Below are positions 49,214 through 60,700 of a DNA stretch of 64,000 bases, piece after piece. Under the pieces are notes generated by a model. The model did no database searches, was not told the DNA's origin, and saw only the letters and a program-made list of their open reading frames with translations. Numbering within the stretch: position 1 is the stretch's first letter; each line of letters begins with the position of its first letter. Position numbers and translations under genes: made by a program. Origin of the DNA: Candidatus Omnitrophota bacterium (GTDB lineage Bacteria; Omnitrophota; Gorgyraeia; Zapsychrales; Fredricksoniimonadaceae); the NCBI GenBank assembly GCA_903836515.1, contig CAILQW010000050.1:14861-78860 (forward strand). Reading direction: 5' to 3'.

Positions 49214-51619
49214 TTACTTCTTGACTTCTTCCTTGATGATCTGCATGTCTGTGAATGACTTGATCACGAAGAACACCGACACCGCGAAGAACACGATCGC
49301 CAGGCCCATATTGAGCGCGGCGCTCAACTGGAGTGCGATCTCGATGGCCAAGAGGCCGAACAATGTCGTGAACTTGATGATCGGGTTCAGCGCGACAGAT
49401 GAGGTGTCCTTGAAGGGATCGCCCACCGTATCGCCCACCACTGATGCCGCGTGGAGTTCGGTGCCTTTTTCACGCAGATTGACTTCAACGACCTTCTTCG
49501 CATTATCCCAGGACCCGCCGGCATTAGCCATAAAGATAGCCTGGTAAAGGCCGAAGATCGCGATGGAGATCAGGTAGCCGATGAAAAAGTAGGGATTCAG
49601 GCACGCAAAGGACAGCGTGGCAAACAAGACGGCAAGAAATAAATTGATCATGCCCTTTTGCGCGAACATGGTGCAGATCTCGACAACTTTCTTGCTGTCT
49701 TCGGTCGATGCCTTGTCAGAACCTTCGAGTTTGATGTTCTTCTTGATGAACTCGACGGTATGATACGCGCCGGCCACAACCGCCAGGGTTGATGCGCCTG
49801 TAAACCAGTAGATCATGGCCCCGCCCAGGATAAGCCCCAGGAGGAAAGGCGGATATAGGACAGACAAGAACTGGATGTTCGTTGTAAGCCCCACGGTCAG
49901 GATCATGATGATCGAAAAGATCATGGTGGTCGCGCCGACAACAGCTGTCCCGATCAAGACCGGCTTGGAGGTGGCTTTGAATGTGTTACCTGCACCGTCA
50001 TTGGATTCCAGGTAATGCTTGGCTTTTTCAAAGTCAGGCGTAAATCCAAAGTCCTTCTTGATCTCCGCAGGAGAAACTTTCTCAATGAGGGAAAGTTCAT
50101 AGATCGACTGCGCATTATCAGCGACCGGGCCATAGGAATCGACCGCGATGGTGACCGGTCCCATACCCAGGAACCCGAAGGCTACAAGACCGAACGCGAA
50201 GACCGATGGTGCCAGCATGAGGACGTCAAGTCCAAGGGCGCTGATGCCGTAGGCGATCGCCATAAGAGACGCGATGGTGAGCCCCATCCAGTAAGCACTG
50301 TAATTGCCGGTCACAAATCCCGCCAGAATATTCAGGGATGCGCCGCCTTTTTTGGAAGATTCCACGATGTTCTTCACGAACGCAGATTCAGGCGATGTGA
50401 ACAGTTTGACCAGTTCAGGAATAATGGCGCCGGCGATCGTGCCGCAGGTAATGATCGAGGCGAGCTTCCACCACATGGTGCCATCCCCCATCGTCGGGAT
50501 CAAAAGGAAGGATGCCGCGAAGGTGAAAGCGATAGAGACCAGCGACGTGATCCAGACCAGCGACGTCAGGGGGTCTTCGAAATTCATTTCCTTGGCTCCC
50601 GCATAACGGGCCTTGGAAATAACACCATTAAGCCAGTAGGAGAAGGCACTGGCAATGATCATTAAAAGACGCATGACAAAGATCCAGACCAGGAGCTGAA
50701 CCTGCACCAGCGGGTCCTTGACGGCCAGGAGGATAAAGGAAATGAGCGCCACACCTGTAACGCCGTAAGTTTCAAAACCATCGGCTGTCGGGCCGACGGA
50801 ATCGCCCGCGTTGTCGCCGGTACAATCCGCGATGACACCGGGATTACGTGCGTCATCTTCTTTAATATTGAACACGATCTTCATCAGGTCGGAACCGATG
50901 TCGGCGATCTTGGTGAAGATCCCGCCCGCGATACGCAATACAGAAGCGCCCAAAGATTCGCCGATGGCGAAACCGATAAAACAGGGACCCGCATAGGAAG
51001 GATCGATGAACAGGAGGATGCAAAGCATGACCAACAGCTCGGTCGAGATGAGGAGCATGCCGATGGACATCCCCGCCTGGATCGGAATGGAATAAACGGG
51101 ATACGGAGAACCCGCCAGCGAGGCAAAGGCGGAGCGGGAATTGGCCATGGTGTTGATGCGCATGCCGAACCAGGCCACCCCGTAACTGCCGGCAATACCG
51201 ATCAGCGAGCAAATGAGGATCATCACGACCTTGGCGAATTCCATGTGGCGCAGCCAGCCGAAGTACGCGATCATGACAATGCCCACCAGCAGCTCGAGGA
51301 TCAGGAGGAATTTACCTTGCGTGATCAGGTAGGTTTTGCACGTTTCATAAATTAGTTCGGAGATGTCTTTCATCGCCTTGTGCACGGGCATTTTCATGAT
51401 GCTGACAAACTGGACGAGCCCGAAAAGAAAACCGAACACGCAGATCGTCATCCCATAGAGCAAGAGGGTTTTGCCGTCAATACCTAGAAAAGACACGGAT
51501 GATAGATTGGGGACGATCAAATCCGCTTCACCGGCCCATGCGGGTGTCAGGCTTGCGGTCAAAAGGACCAGCGGTGACAAAAGCATGGGTTTAAGTAGAT
51601 TCTTAAAAAAACGCCTCAT
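49214..51619 (-). CDS. hppA: Membrane-bound H+(/Na+)-translocating pyrophosphatase
   Basis: 801 aa, about 16 TM. Conserved GGIFTKIADIGSDL, DNAGDSVGP and DCTGDNAGD-type motifs. N-terminal signal-like extension. Confidence 0.9.
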   Translation of the reverse strand: MRRFFKNLLKPMLLSPLVLLTASLTPAWAGEADLIVPNLSSVSFLGIDGKTLLLYGMTICVFGFLFGLVQFVSIMKMPVHKAMKDISELIYETCKTYLITQGKFLLILELLVGIVMIAYFGWLRHMEFAKVVMILICSLIGIAGSYGVAWFGMRINTMANSRSAFASLAGSPYPVYSIPIQAGMSIGMLLISTELLVMLCILLFIDPSYAGPCFIGFAIGESLGASVLRIAGGIFTKIADIGSDLMKIVFNIKEDDARNPGVIADCTGDNAGDSVGPTADGFETYGVTGVALISFILLAVKDPLVQVQLLVWIFVMRLLMIIASAFSYWLNGVISKARYAGAKEMNFEDPLTSLVWITSLVSIAFTFAASFLLIPTMGDGTMWWKLASIITCGTIAGAIIPELVKLFTSPESAFVKNIVESSKKGGASLNILAGFVTGNYSAYWMGLTIASLMAIAYGISALGLDVLMLAPSVFAFGLVAFGFLGMGPVTIAVDSYGPVADNAQSIYELSLIEKVSPAEIKKDFGFTPDFEKAKHYLESNDGAGNTFKATSKPVLIGTAVVGATTMIFSIIMILTVGLTTNIQFLSVLYPPFLLGLILGGAMIYWFTGASTLAVVAGAYHTVEFIKKNIKLEGSDKASTEDSKKVVEICTMFAQKGMINLFLAVLFATLSFACLNPYFFIGYLISIAIFGLYQAIFMANAGGSWDNAKKVVEVNLREKGTELHAASVVGDTVGDPFKDTSSVALNPIIKFTTLFGLLAIEIALQLSAALNMGLAIVFFAVSVFFVIKSFTDMQIIKEEVKK

Positions 51620-51909
51620 ACAAAACTCCTCCTTTTAGATTAATACTTTGCTCATGCGGCACTGGAAACTGTAAATACACTTCTCTCCGCGCGCAGAGGC
51701 TATAACATTACTTCTTCACGGACCGAAGCTCACGCGAAGAACTGGATAAAGTGAATTTAGAGAATATAACTCCAATCAGCGGTCAAGTCTAGTGTAAAGA
51801 TAAGAAAAATTTAACCTGCTTTTTGAAGTGCGGCGCCTTGACAATAAAACATCATCTGGTAGGCTATGTTCATCATGGTATTTCAGGCGCAACTCATCAA
51901 GGAGCCCTT

Positions 51910-53016
51910 ATGATTATCGGCGTTGTCAAAGATACGATCCCTGGAGAACTTCGCAGTGCGCTTGTGCCCTCCGGGGCGCTGCGACTTGTTAAAAAAGGCT
52001 GTCAGGTCATGGTTGAGGCCGGACTAGGCGGCCCATCCCGTATCGCCGACAATGAATATGCGGCCGCCGGGGCTGTTCTTTCTTCCCGTGCCGATATTTT
52101 GGCCAGGGCCGACATCCTTTTAAAGGTGCGTAAGCCTCTTATAGATGAAGTCCGCGCGATGAAAAACGGGAGTATCCATATCAGTTTTCTGGATCCGTTC
52201 AATGAAAAAGACCTCATCAACGGGTTGGCCCAGGCAGGTATTTCCGCGGTCAGCCTGGAAATGATCCCGCGTACGACCATGGCCCAAAAGATGGATGCCT
52301 TGAGTTCCCAGGCGAATCTGGCAGGCTACGCTGCGGTTGTGCTTGCCGCCGAACGGATCAACAGGATATTCCCCATGATGATGACACCATCCGGCACCAT
52401 CTCCCCGGCACGCATTTTTGTGATCGGCGCCGGTGTGGCCGGCTTGCAGGCTATTGCCACTGCCCGACGCCTGGGCGCACGGGTGGACGCTTTTGACACG
52501 CGTCCTGTGGTCAAAGAGCAGGTTCAGTCCCTGGGAGCCAAATTCGTGGAAGTAGATCTGGGTGAGACCGGACAGACCCAGGATGGTTACGCCAAAGCCT
52601 TGACACCGGAACAGCTGGCAAAACAGCGCGCGGGCATGGCCAAGGTTTGCGCCCAGAGCGATATCATCATCACGACCGCACAGATATTCGGCAAGAAAGC
52701 GCCTGTCATCATCACCCGGGACATGCTCTCGGGCATGAAACCCGGCAGTGTAGTCGTCGATATGGCGGTTGAATCCGGTGGTAATGTGGAAGGTTCTGTG
52801 CTTAACGCAGAGGTTGACGTCAATGGGGTGCGTGTGATCGGTCCGGGGAATCTCGTGTCCCGTGTCTGTGTGAATGCCTCCGAGATGTTCAGCGCTAACC
52901 TTGTCAATTTCATCGAGCATTTCTGGAATAAAGAGAAGAACACCTTTGTCCTCAACCAGGAAGATACCCTCATCCAGGGCTGTCTCATCACCCATCAGGG
53001 AAAGGTATTGAAATAA
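51910..53016 (+). CDS. pntAA: NAD(P) transhydrogenase alpha subunit, part 1 (dI)
   Basis: MIIGVVKDTIPGE, alanine-dehydrogenase-like Rossmann fold (VIGAGVAGLQAIATARRLGA). Confidence 0.85.
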   Translation: MIIGVVKDTIPGELRSALVPSGALRLVKKGCQVMVEAGLGGPSRIADNEYAAAGAVLSSRADILARADILLKVRKPLIDEVRAMKNGSIHISFLDPFNEKDLINGLAQAGISAVSLEMIPRTTMAQKMDALSSQANLAGYAAVVLAAERINRIFPMMMTPSGTISPARIFVIGAGVAGLQAIATARRLGARVDAFDTRPVVKEQVQSLGAKFVEVDLGETGQTQDGYAKALTPEQLAKQRAGMAKVCAQSDIIITTAQIFGKKAPVIITRDMLSGMKPGSVVVDMAVESGGNVEGSVLNAEVDVNGVRVIGPGNLVSRVCVNASEMFSANLVNFIEHFWNKEKNTFVLNQEDTLIQGCLITHQGKVLK

Positions 53017-53024
53017 GGAGTCCT

Positions 53025-53360
53025 ATGGAACAGCACATCATCCCTTTTATCTATCTTTTGTATATCCTGGTCTTGTCGGTATTTTTAGGTTTTGCGCTCA
53101 TCAGCCGCGTGCCGCCTTTATTGCACACGCCTCTTATGTCCGAAGCCAATGCCATTTCCGGCATCACCATTGTGGGCGCGCTCATCGCGGCGGGGTCCGG
53201 TGACGCCCATTCTCCGCTGACCATCTTTCTGGGCACCGCGGCCGTCGCCATGGCTGTTTTCAATGTTGTGGGCGGCTATTTGGTGACAGAACGCATGCTC
53301 AAGATGTTTAAATCAAAAGTTTCCGTTCATTCTGCTGCAACCGCAAAGGCAAAATCATGA
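53025..53360 (+). CDS. pntAB: NAD(P) transhydrogenase alpha subunit, part 2 (membrane dII-a)
   Basis: 111 aa, three or four TM (SGITIVGALIAAG motif). Confidence 0.8.
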   Translation: MEQHIIPFIYLLYILVLSVFLGFALISRVPPLLHTPLMSEANAISGITIVGALIAAGSGDAHSPLTIFLGTAAVAMAVFNVVGGYLVTERMLKMFKSKVSVHSAATAKAKS

Positions 53361-54733
53361 ACCACCTCTCCTGGATCAACGGTGTTTATATCATCAGCTG
53401 TATCCTGTTCGCGTTCGGGCTGAAATTTCTTGGATCCCCTGAAACCGCCCGCCGCGGCAACTGGCTTTCCGCCATGGGTATGCTCTTGGCTGTGCTGGCG
53501 ACCCTGACGTCGCGTGAGATCATTTCTTTCCAGTGGATCCTGATCGGGGGTATTATCGGCGCATCGTTGGGGACCCTGGTGGCCTTGCGCGCGGGCATGA
53601 CCCAGATGCCCGAGATGGTGGCCTTGCTCCATGGATTCGGGGCCTTGGCCAGCGTTTTTGTGGACTGGAGCGCATACCACAACCACACGCCGGATAACGC
53701 GATTGTCGTCACCGCGATCTATCTGTCGATCCTCATCGGCGGGGTGACGTTCACCGGAAGTCTTGTGGCCTGGGGTAAGCTGAGCGAACGGCTTCCCGGG
53801 AAACCACTGCTCTTCCCCGGCCAGCAAATGATCAGCATCCTGACCGTTGCAGCCATAGGTCTGCTGGCGATCCCGTTCTTCCTGAATCCTTCTGTTTATC
53901 CGGTATTTTTATGGATCCTGGGCCTGTCCCTCGTCCTTGGCGTCCTCTTGGTGATCCCTATCGGCGGGGCTGATATGCCGGTGGTGATCTCGGTCCTTAA
54001 CAGTTATTCCGGGCTTGTGGCGTGCACCACAGGGTTTGTGATCAACAATATCCTTCTGATTGTCGTCGGGGCTCTTGTCGGGGCCAACGGGATCATCTTA
54101 AGCTACATCATGTGCAAGGCCATGAACCGTTCGCTCAACAATGTACTTTTTGGCGCCTTCACCGCACGCGCAAAGAAAGCCGCAGGAACGGCCAAGGGTG
54201 AAGTCAAACCCATCAGCCCCCAGGATGCATTCCTCATCCTGGAGTCCGCACGTTCGGTCGTTATTGCCCCCGGCTACGGTCTTGCGGTCGCCCAGGCCCA
54301 GCACGCGGTTCGCGAATTGGGAGAACTTCTGGAAAAGAACGGGGCTGATGTGAAATACGCCATCCATCCGGTGGCCGGCCGCATGCCCGGGCACATGAAT
54401 GTCCTTTTGGCCGAAGCCAATGTCCCCTACGACCAGCTGGTGGAAATGGAACACATCAATCCGCTGATGGACAGCGTTGATGTGGCCATTGTGATCGGGG
54501 CCAACGATACCGTCAACCCCGCCGCGATCCACGACAAGACCTCCCCCATTTACGGCATGCCCATCATTGAAACATTCCGGGCCAGGACTGTGTTTGTGAT
54601 CAAGCGTTCCATGGCGTCGGGTTTTGCGGGGATCGAGAATGAACTTTTCTATTATGACAATACGCGCATGATCTTCGGCGATGCCAAGGATGTGGTGCAG
54701 AAGCTTGTGGCGGAATTCAAGGCCGGGAACTGA
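53357..54733 (+). CDS. pntB: NAD(P) transhydrogenase beta subunit
   Basis: 458 aa. N-terminal membrane domain plus C-terminal NADP(H)-binding dIII (VIAPGYGLAVAQAQH ... GANDTVNP). Confidence 0.9.
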   Translation: MNHLSWINGVYIISCILFAFGLKFLGSPETARRGNWLSAMGMLLAVLATLTSREIISFQWILIGGIIGASLGTLVALRAGMTQMPEMVALLHGFGALASVFVDWSAYHNHTPDNAIVVTAIYLSILIGGVTFTGSLVAWGKLSERLPGKPLLFPGQQMISILTVAAIGLLAIPFFLNPSVYPVFLWILGLSLVLGVLLVIPIGGADMPVVISVLNSYSGLVACTTGFVINNILLIVVGALVGANGIILSYIMCKAMNRSLNNVLFGAFTARAKKAAGTAKGEVKPISPQDAFLILESARSVVIAPGYGLAVAQAQHAVRELGELLEKNGADVKYAIHPVAGRMPGHMNVLLAEANVPYDQLVEMEHINPLMDSVDVAIVIGANDTVNPAAIHDKTSPIYGMPIIETFRARTVFVIKRSMASGFAGIENELFYYDNTRMIFGDAKDVVQKLVAEFKAGN

Positions 54734-57700
54734 CCGGCAGGACCGCATCTGCGATCAGGGCGGGAAGATCGGTCACAGGCTGTATATCCATGATCACAGG
54801 GATCAGCCCCGGGATCGGCCCCTCCGGCAGCGGACGGCGGTATTCCGGGAACCGGATGCAGATCTCATCCCCGCCGGTGTGCAGTTCGGTATTACGCGGA
54901 TTCAGATCGATACCACCTTTATCAAGCGGCTGTATTGAATTCCCATCCAGAGCCGGCTTGGCAGAATAATCCTTCTTTTCCCCTGGGATCAAACCAAGTT
55001 CTTGGCCCATTTCAATGATGTGCTCTGCCATATAGATTTTTCGATGATAATGCCGCTGTGTTGTTGAATGTTCTGAAGAAATCCAATAGCTCAGATCATC
55101 ATAGCCATCTTCATCCATTCCAACAAAACCCTGACTCACATAATGCTTGCCTAAGGCATACGCCAGATGTGTTATGCCGCCTTCAACCGTACCAACAATA
55201 TCAGCGGCTTCCATTAAATAAAGGATGCCCCGTTCATGCGGTTGCGGCACAGGCGCAAGCATGATGGAATTCAAATATTGCTCAGGAATAAAATTCATGA
55301 TAGATTTTTCATCTTCAGAACGGCTGAATCCCCACCCTGCTAAATGATTCATGTTCGGCATAAGAATGACAAAGAATCCCGATTCAATCAACTGTTGAAT
55401 TTGCCGGGCCCCGTAGCGAAACCCGAATTCCGATAATCCCTTGGCTGTCAACTCCCCGCCGAACGGATTCAAAAACACAACCGGTCTTTTTTCGATATTT
55501 TTCTCAGCCAATTCGGCCAAGAGTCTTATTTTCTGATCGGCCTCAGAACCTGAAACTGTCGTCATATAATGATCGGTTACTCCCTGGTTGTTACCTGACC
55601 TGTGTGGAAGGCCGAGTTGCTTCAAAAGATTAAGGGTGGGGGCATATTGATTGTCATCGTTTATCGGGCTCAACACGTCATTTCCCACACGGATGATATC
55701 ATAACCTTTGCGTCCGTAGGCGTAGGGGGAATGAATATAAATAGCAGGTTGCTGTCTTTTAATGACATCCTGGATCGCATCTTCCGCCCTTTGTGAAAGA
55801 ATTTTTCTGTCAGCGTCATAACGGTGAATGATCATGTCAAACTTTACAGCGTCAAACATAAAAGGAGGTGTCACTTTTATCCGCGGATGATTATACAACT
55901 GCGTTTGTTTCGTATAAACATAGATCTCAAGCTCCGGGTTGTAATCCAGCAGTGCTTGAACGAGTGATCCATTGCGTATGATTTCATCTCCCAGGCCTTC
56001 ATCCAGATTATGGACCAGCAGGACATTTTTCTTGCCGGTCTTAAGAATTTCCTCAACTTTCTTATGAATTGCGGTCTTCTCGTTTTTCCCAAGGTCCGGT
56101 TTTTTCTCATTAATCAAAGGAATGAGTTGTTCAAGCCCTTGTCGAAAATCATTCAAAGATCCGGCCTCATGTATGTTATTTTTAATCAGTAAATTCCAAA
56201 AAGTAGCAACACGTCCGTGAACACGTGAACTCATTTCAGCAAAAATCCTCAACTGCTCAAGTGATAGTGATGCCCCATGAAACCCAATCCTCCCTTCTAG
56301 TTGGTAATAGATAAAGTTGTGCGGTGAACTATCCAGATTGAGCAGGATCGCCTTGATCGAAGGCCAATATTCAAAGAAACTTTCGCCGTAATGTTCCTTT
56401 AAGTCCATAAAACTCCCGTTAATTAAATAACCCATGCTTGTCGCATCCGGTTCCTTAAACATGAGCTTAAAGATGTCTCCAATTTCATCAAAAAACCTGT
56501 GACCAAAAATTTTCTTAACTTCAGGCAAAAACTTAAAATATTGTCCGGGACGCCGACCCGCCGATAAGATCGCGAATTCTTTTAAATCATCCCAGTATTG
56601 CGGGATTTTATCGTCAAACACATCAACGGCGATTTCCCATATTCCCCAAACGTCACGACCCAGATCATTCTCGGCCGCCATGGTCCAATACATATTTTCC
56701 AATTCATCCAGAATACGCCGCATATCCTCACGGGAATGGATTAAATACGGTTTTAACGTCTTCAGTGAAGATAAGGCCAACTCAGCACCGACATTGGGTT
56801 GACGAGCATCGTTTTCTATCGAGCTTTGAATCAGCTTGAGTCCTAATTCAGGAAAATACTCCAGGTATTCCTCATTGGAATAACCATCAAACGGCATCCC
56901 GCCATTTGTCGTAAAAAACGGTTCTCTCCATTGCCGCACGCCAGCAACAGTGTCAACAACCTCATAGCCATAACGTTTAATAATATCTTCTATCAGCTGT
57001 CTTTTATCATCTGGCAGTTTTTTATATAACGATTGGGCATAAAATTCATTCTTAAAAGAGCTCTCAGACCTGTTATTAACACCTCGTTTAGCCCGTAAAG
57101 CCAATATTATTTCCTCTGCCGGCATTGATACCGGAACTCCACCCAAACCATCAATAAAACGGTTCCCGTTCATCGCGCCATCTTTCTTCTCTCCATCTTT
57201 CCTGGACGATCTTGATCCGGCGGTTTCATTCTTCGCGGCATGGAATAGATAGAGATTCGGATAAAATGCCGCATCATTTGCGATGCGAAGGATACCCTCT
57301 ACTGGATCTCCAACCAGATTGTTTTTCTTCAAAAATTCTTTGATCCGCATTTCATAACTTGCTTCCGGGATATCATCAATAAGACCAGAACTCGGACCAA
57401 TAATTATCCGCCAGAGAGCCAGAGAATTTTTATTCTGCGCCAACTTTTCTTTAAGTTCATTAAACAACATAATGAATTCACCAGGTGTTATATAATAAGC
57501 CCGGCTGTTATAGGAGAATCCCCTACGACGAAGATACCACGCAAGGAATTCTTCATTATAAACGGCCGGTGCGTTAAACAGATACACATCGGCATCGCCC
57601 ATCTCGCGAGACTGCTCAACCTCACCGCCTATGGGAATCTGTCCGGTGTCCCGCGCATAGCGCACATTCCACGCGGTCAACAGATTATGTGCCGGATTGA

Positions 57701-60700
57701 TATCATAGTATGTGACCCTGCGTGCCCCTGACAACAATGCCAGCAGGACATCGATCCCGGTTCCGGGCCCCTGGACACGAACAGTCTTGTTTTTAAATAT
57801 CCCGGCATTCTCAATAACAGCTTTCTGAAAATCTGCACTGCGATTATGGCGCGCCGAGAATATCTTCTCATGTGGAAGAGCATCAAGCATAACTTCTTGA
57901 AGGAATCCATCCGTCTTCTGTTCTGTGTAAGGCTTTACTGTCAGAAGAGAAAGCTTGTATCCTTGATCCCTTCCTTCCACGTTCCGGGACGCATTAATAT
58001 CTTGTGTATTTTCCGGAGATAAGATCAGTCCCGACCAGTCTTTAAAAGTTGCCAGTTTTGTCTTATTGATGACATCTTGCGCGTTTTTCAATATCCAATC
58101 CATTTTTCCAGGGTAAGACCATAAGAAAGATATATCAAAAAGAATATTTTTATCTTGGATCGGATCCTCCACAACCAGCGCCATGGGCAAATTGTGGAGA
58201 GTGTCAAATTTCCCACCATAATTCCCTTCTTGGGAATTAAAAGTAATCAGAAAGGCACGTTGGCTGGCCACAGGTCTTTCTGTATCACTAAATGTTCCGA
58301 AAAACGCTTGGCCCGCCTCATTGAGACGGATGGGGATATACCCCCACGCATTGCCATCACTGTCCGTATGAACGTGCGTATACTCCTGCGCCAGCTTCTC
58401 ATAATTCATACCGGGCGTATCCGGGAACTTTGCCATGGAGCTCAAAATCTCCCGGAACATCGGCAGGAACGCATGCTCACCGATGGAATGAATATACTTT
58501 TCCAAGAAATCCCCGGAACGGTCTCTTGAAGGTGGCAATATCATTTCTCCTGATCCCTGATTACCCGTAATAATGGATGCCTTGTCTTCAGCCGCTGTTC
58601 CCGTTGCCTCCATCCTGCTCTGGCCTGGCTGGTTATTAATCCTCTCATCGGCATCATGATTCTGTGTGAACGCCGGATTGTTGCGCGCAAAAGGCTCAAA
58701 AAAGTCCGGATTCTTTGATGCCGCAACCAGAAAATGTCCGGATGACAGGATGTGATGCGCGAGCGCATAATAAAGGGCGGACTGATAGTCCGGCGATGTG
58801 CTTGTCCCGGCTTCCGCCATCACCGCCAACACCGGCTGATCCGATGTCATCAAGTCCAGGAATTCCGTCAGCTGTTTGATGTTGTTTCCAAAGAGGCTCA
58901 GCTCCGGTCGCCGGTACCGGTATTCAAGCGTATCATCGTAATATGCAAATTTTTGAAACACCGGCATTGTCATCTTCTGATTTGGCGCATACCCTGTCGC
59001 CTGAGCGCACAGCAGATTTAAGACAAGTGTCTTCAAGTCTTCGCGTGTTAACGACCCTTCAGGTTCACCGTAAAGCTGAACATGGCGATGGGCATCTATC
59101 AAAAAATCAACCGGCTTGTATTCCTTCCCGGATTTAAGAAAATTCCGCGCTCCCTTAATTTCAACCTCCGGATTTTCATGAAACTGAACCAGTGTCCATT
59201 GCCGTTTCTGAATAAAACGAGCCAACTTTATCAAGGCCCCCATTTTATTTAACTCAAACTTGATATCAATATGCGATTCCTCATCAATCAGATATCCCCG
59301 TACCGCAGCCCTCACGGCCTCCTGTTGTGCCAGGAATCTCAGATAATCCATGCCATTTTTAAAATCTCCTAACCAATGTCGCAGTATCTTTTCAAAATAA
59401 TTGCCGAATTGATTCAAATAAACCGAATCAAAACTCTTCAACGCATCAACCAGATCCTTAACGGCATCTCCCGGCATTAATAGCGTTTTGATCCGATAGG
59501 CGTACATCACACTGGGCATTCCGGGGATATTCATCCCCCACACCCCTGGTTGTCTATCAAGAAAAGCAACAACCTTGTCGATCTGCGCGCGGACAATGTC
59601 CCAGCGTGTTTCATCATAAAGCGACAACGGAGGGACCTTTTGAAAAAGAATTTCATTAATGCGTCTCTGTAAGTCCGCGATCAGAGGGATCACTGTCGGT
59701 AATGGCATGCCCTCTTGCTGTCTGATTTTGTAAATTTCATTGAGCTCTTTATCAATTCCAACTTTCTCCTGCGTAAGATCGCCGCCCAAACTCAAGACCA
59801 TCTCGACCATTTTTACATACGCATCAACAAGAATGAAATAGGAGTCTCTCTTAATATTTCCATCTTCCTTGGTATAAATCATGAATTTTAAAAGTTCATG
59901 ATTAAACCGTGTCCAATCTATGTCACGATCCACACTGGACGTCACTGACAATAAGCCCTGTATCCGCTCCAGGGCTGTTTCTATTTTCTCAATATTGGGG
60001 GCATATTCCGGCGCTCCTAAAAGACCAAACATCTTTTGGCGTTCGAAGATCTCTTGGGGGTCACGGGAAGTTCCCTGTAGAAGGAATTTCTGAATCTCTT
60101 GGCCATAAAACATACCCAAAATATTCATGTCTTCTTTACTCATATCAAAAGGCGATCCACCATTCGATAATTCCATATCGTTGGAAAACATCTTGAATAC
60201 AGGATCATAGGTCAACTCCTTCTCTTTCAACGGGCCGCCAACCGAGGGATGAGAACCTTCTCGTTTTGCCACCGGGACAAGCCAGCCTCTTTCTGGAAAG
60301 AATCCGTAGAAATTCCCGGTTCTTTTCTTGAGAATTTCCCGTTGCTTTTCAGAATAGGTTTTAAGGGCAATCATTGGCAAAGGACGGATATTCTCCACAG
60401 AACGCTCAACGCCATCATGATAGTTTTGCGCGGTTTGCACGACGTCTTCCGGAAGACCAAGATCTCGTGCCACCTCAAGTGCATGCGAATCATCCGGCCC
60501 CGGGTGCATCTGATGGGTCTGAACGATCTGGCCATCATGCTGGTCAATCTTAAAGTGATAGACCGCTGTAGTTTTAGGATCATTAAGCCTGGAATCGACA
60601 AAAAGGCTATTATGCGTCGCCACCCTCACCCTAGCTCCGCGTTTAAGCAATTCATTTGTAAGCAGTTGTAATTTTAAGGTATGTTCCTCGGGCGACAACC

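Noticed and set aside
51838-51866. TTGACA-containing candidate promoter for pntAA
   Set aside because: A good -35 hexamer, but no acceptable -10 hexamer at 16-19 nt spacing (AGGCTA/GGCTAT).
52120-52995. 291-aa minus-strand ORF inside pntAA
   Set aside because: Antisense to a clearly conserved transhydrogenase gene. No recognisable domain.
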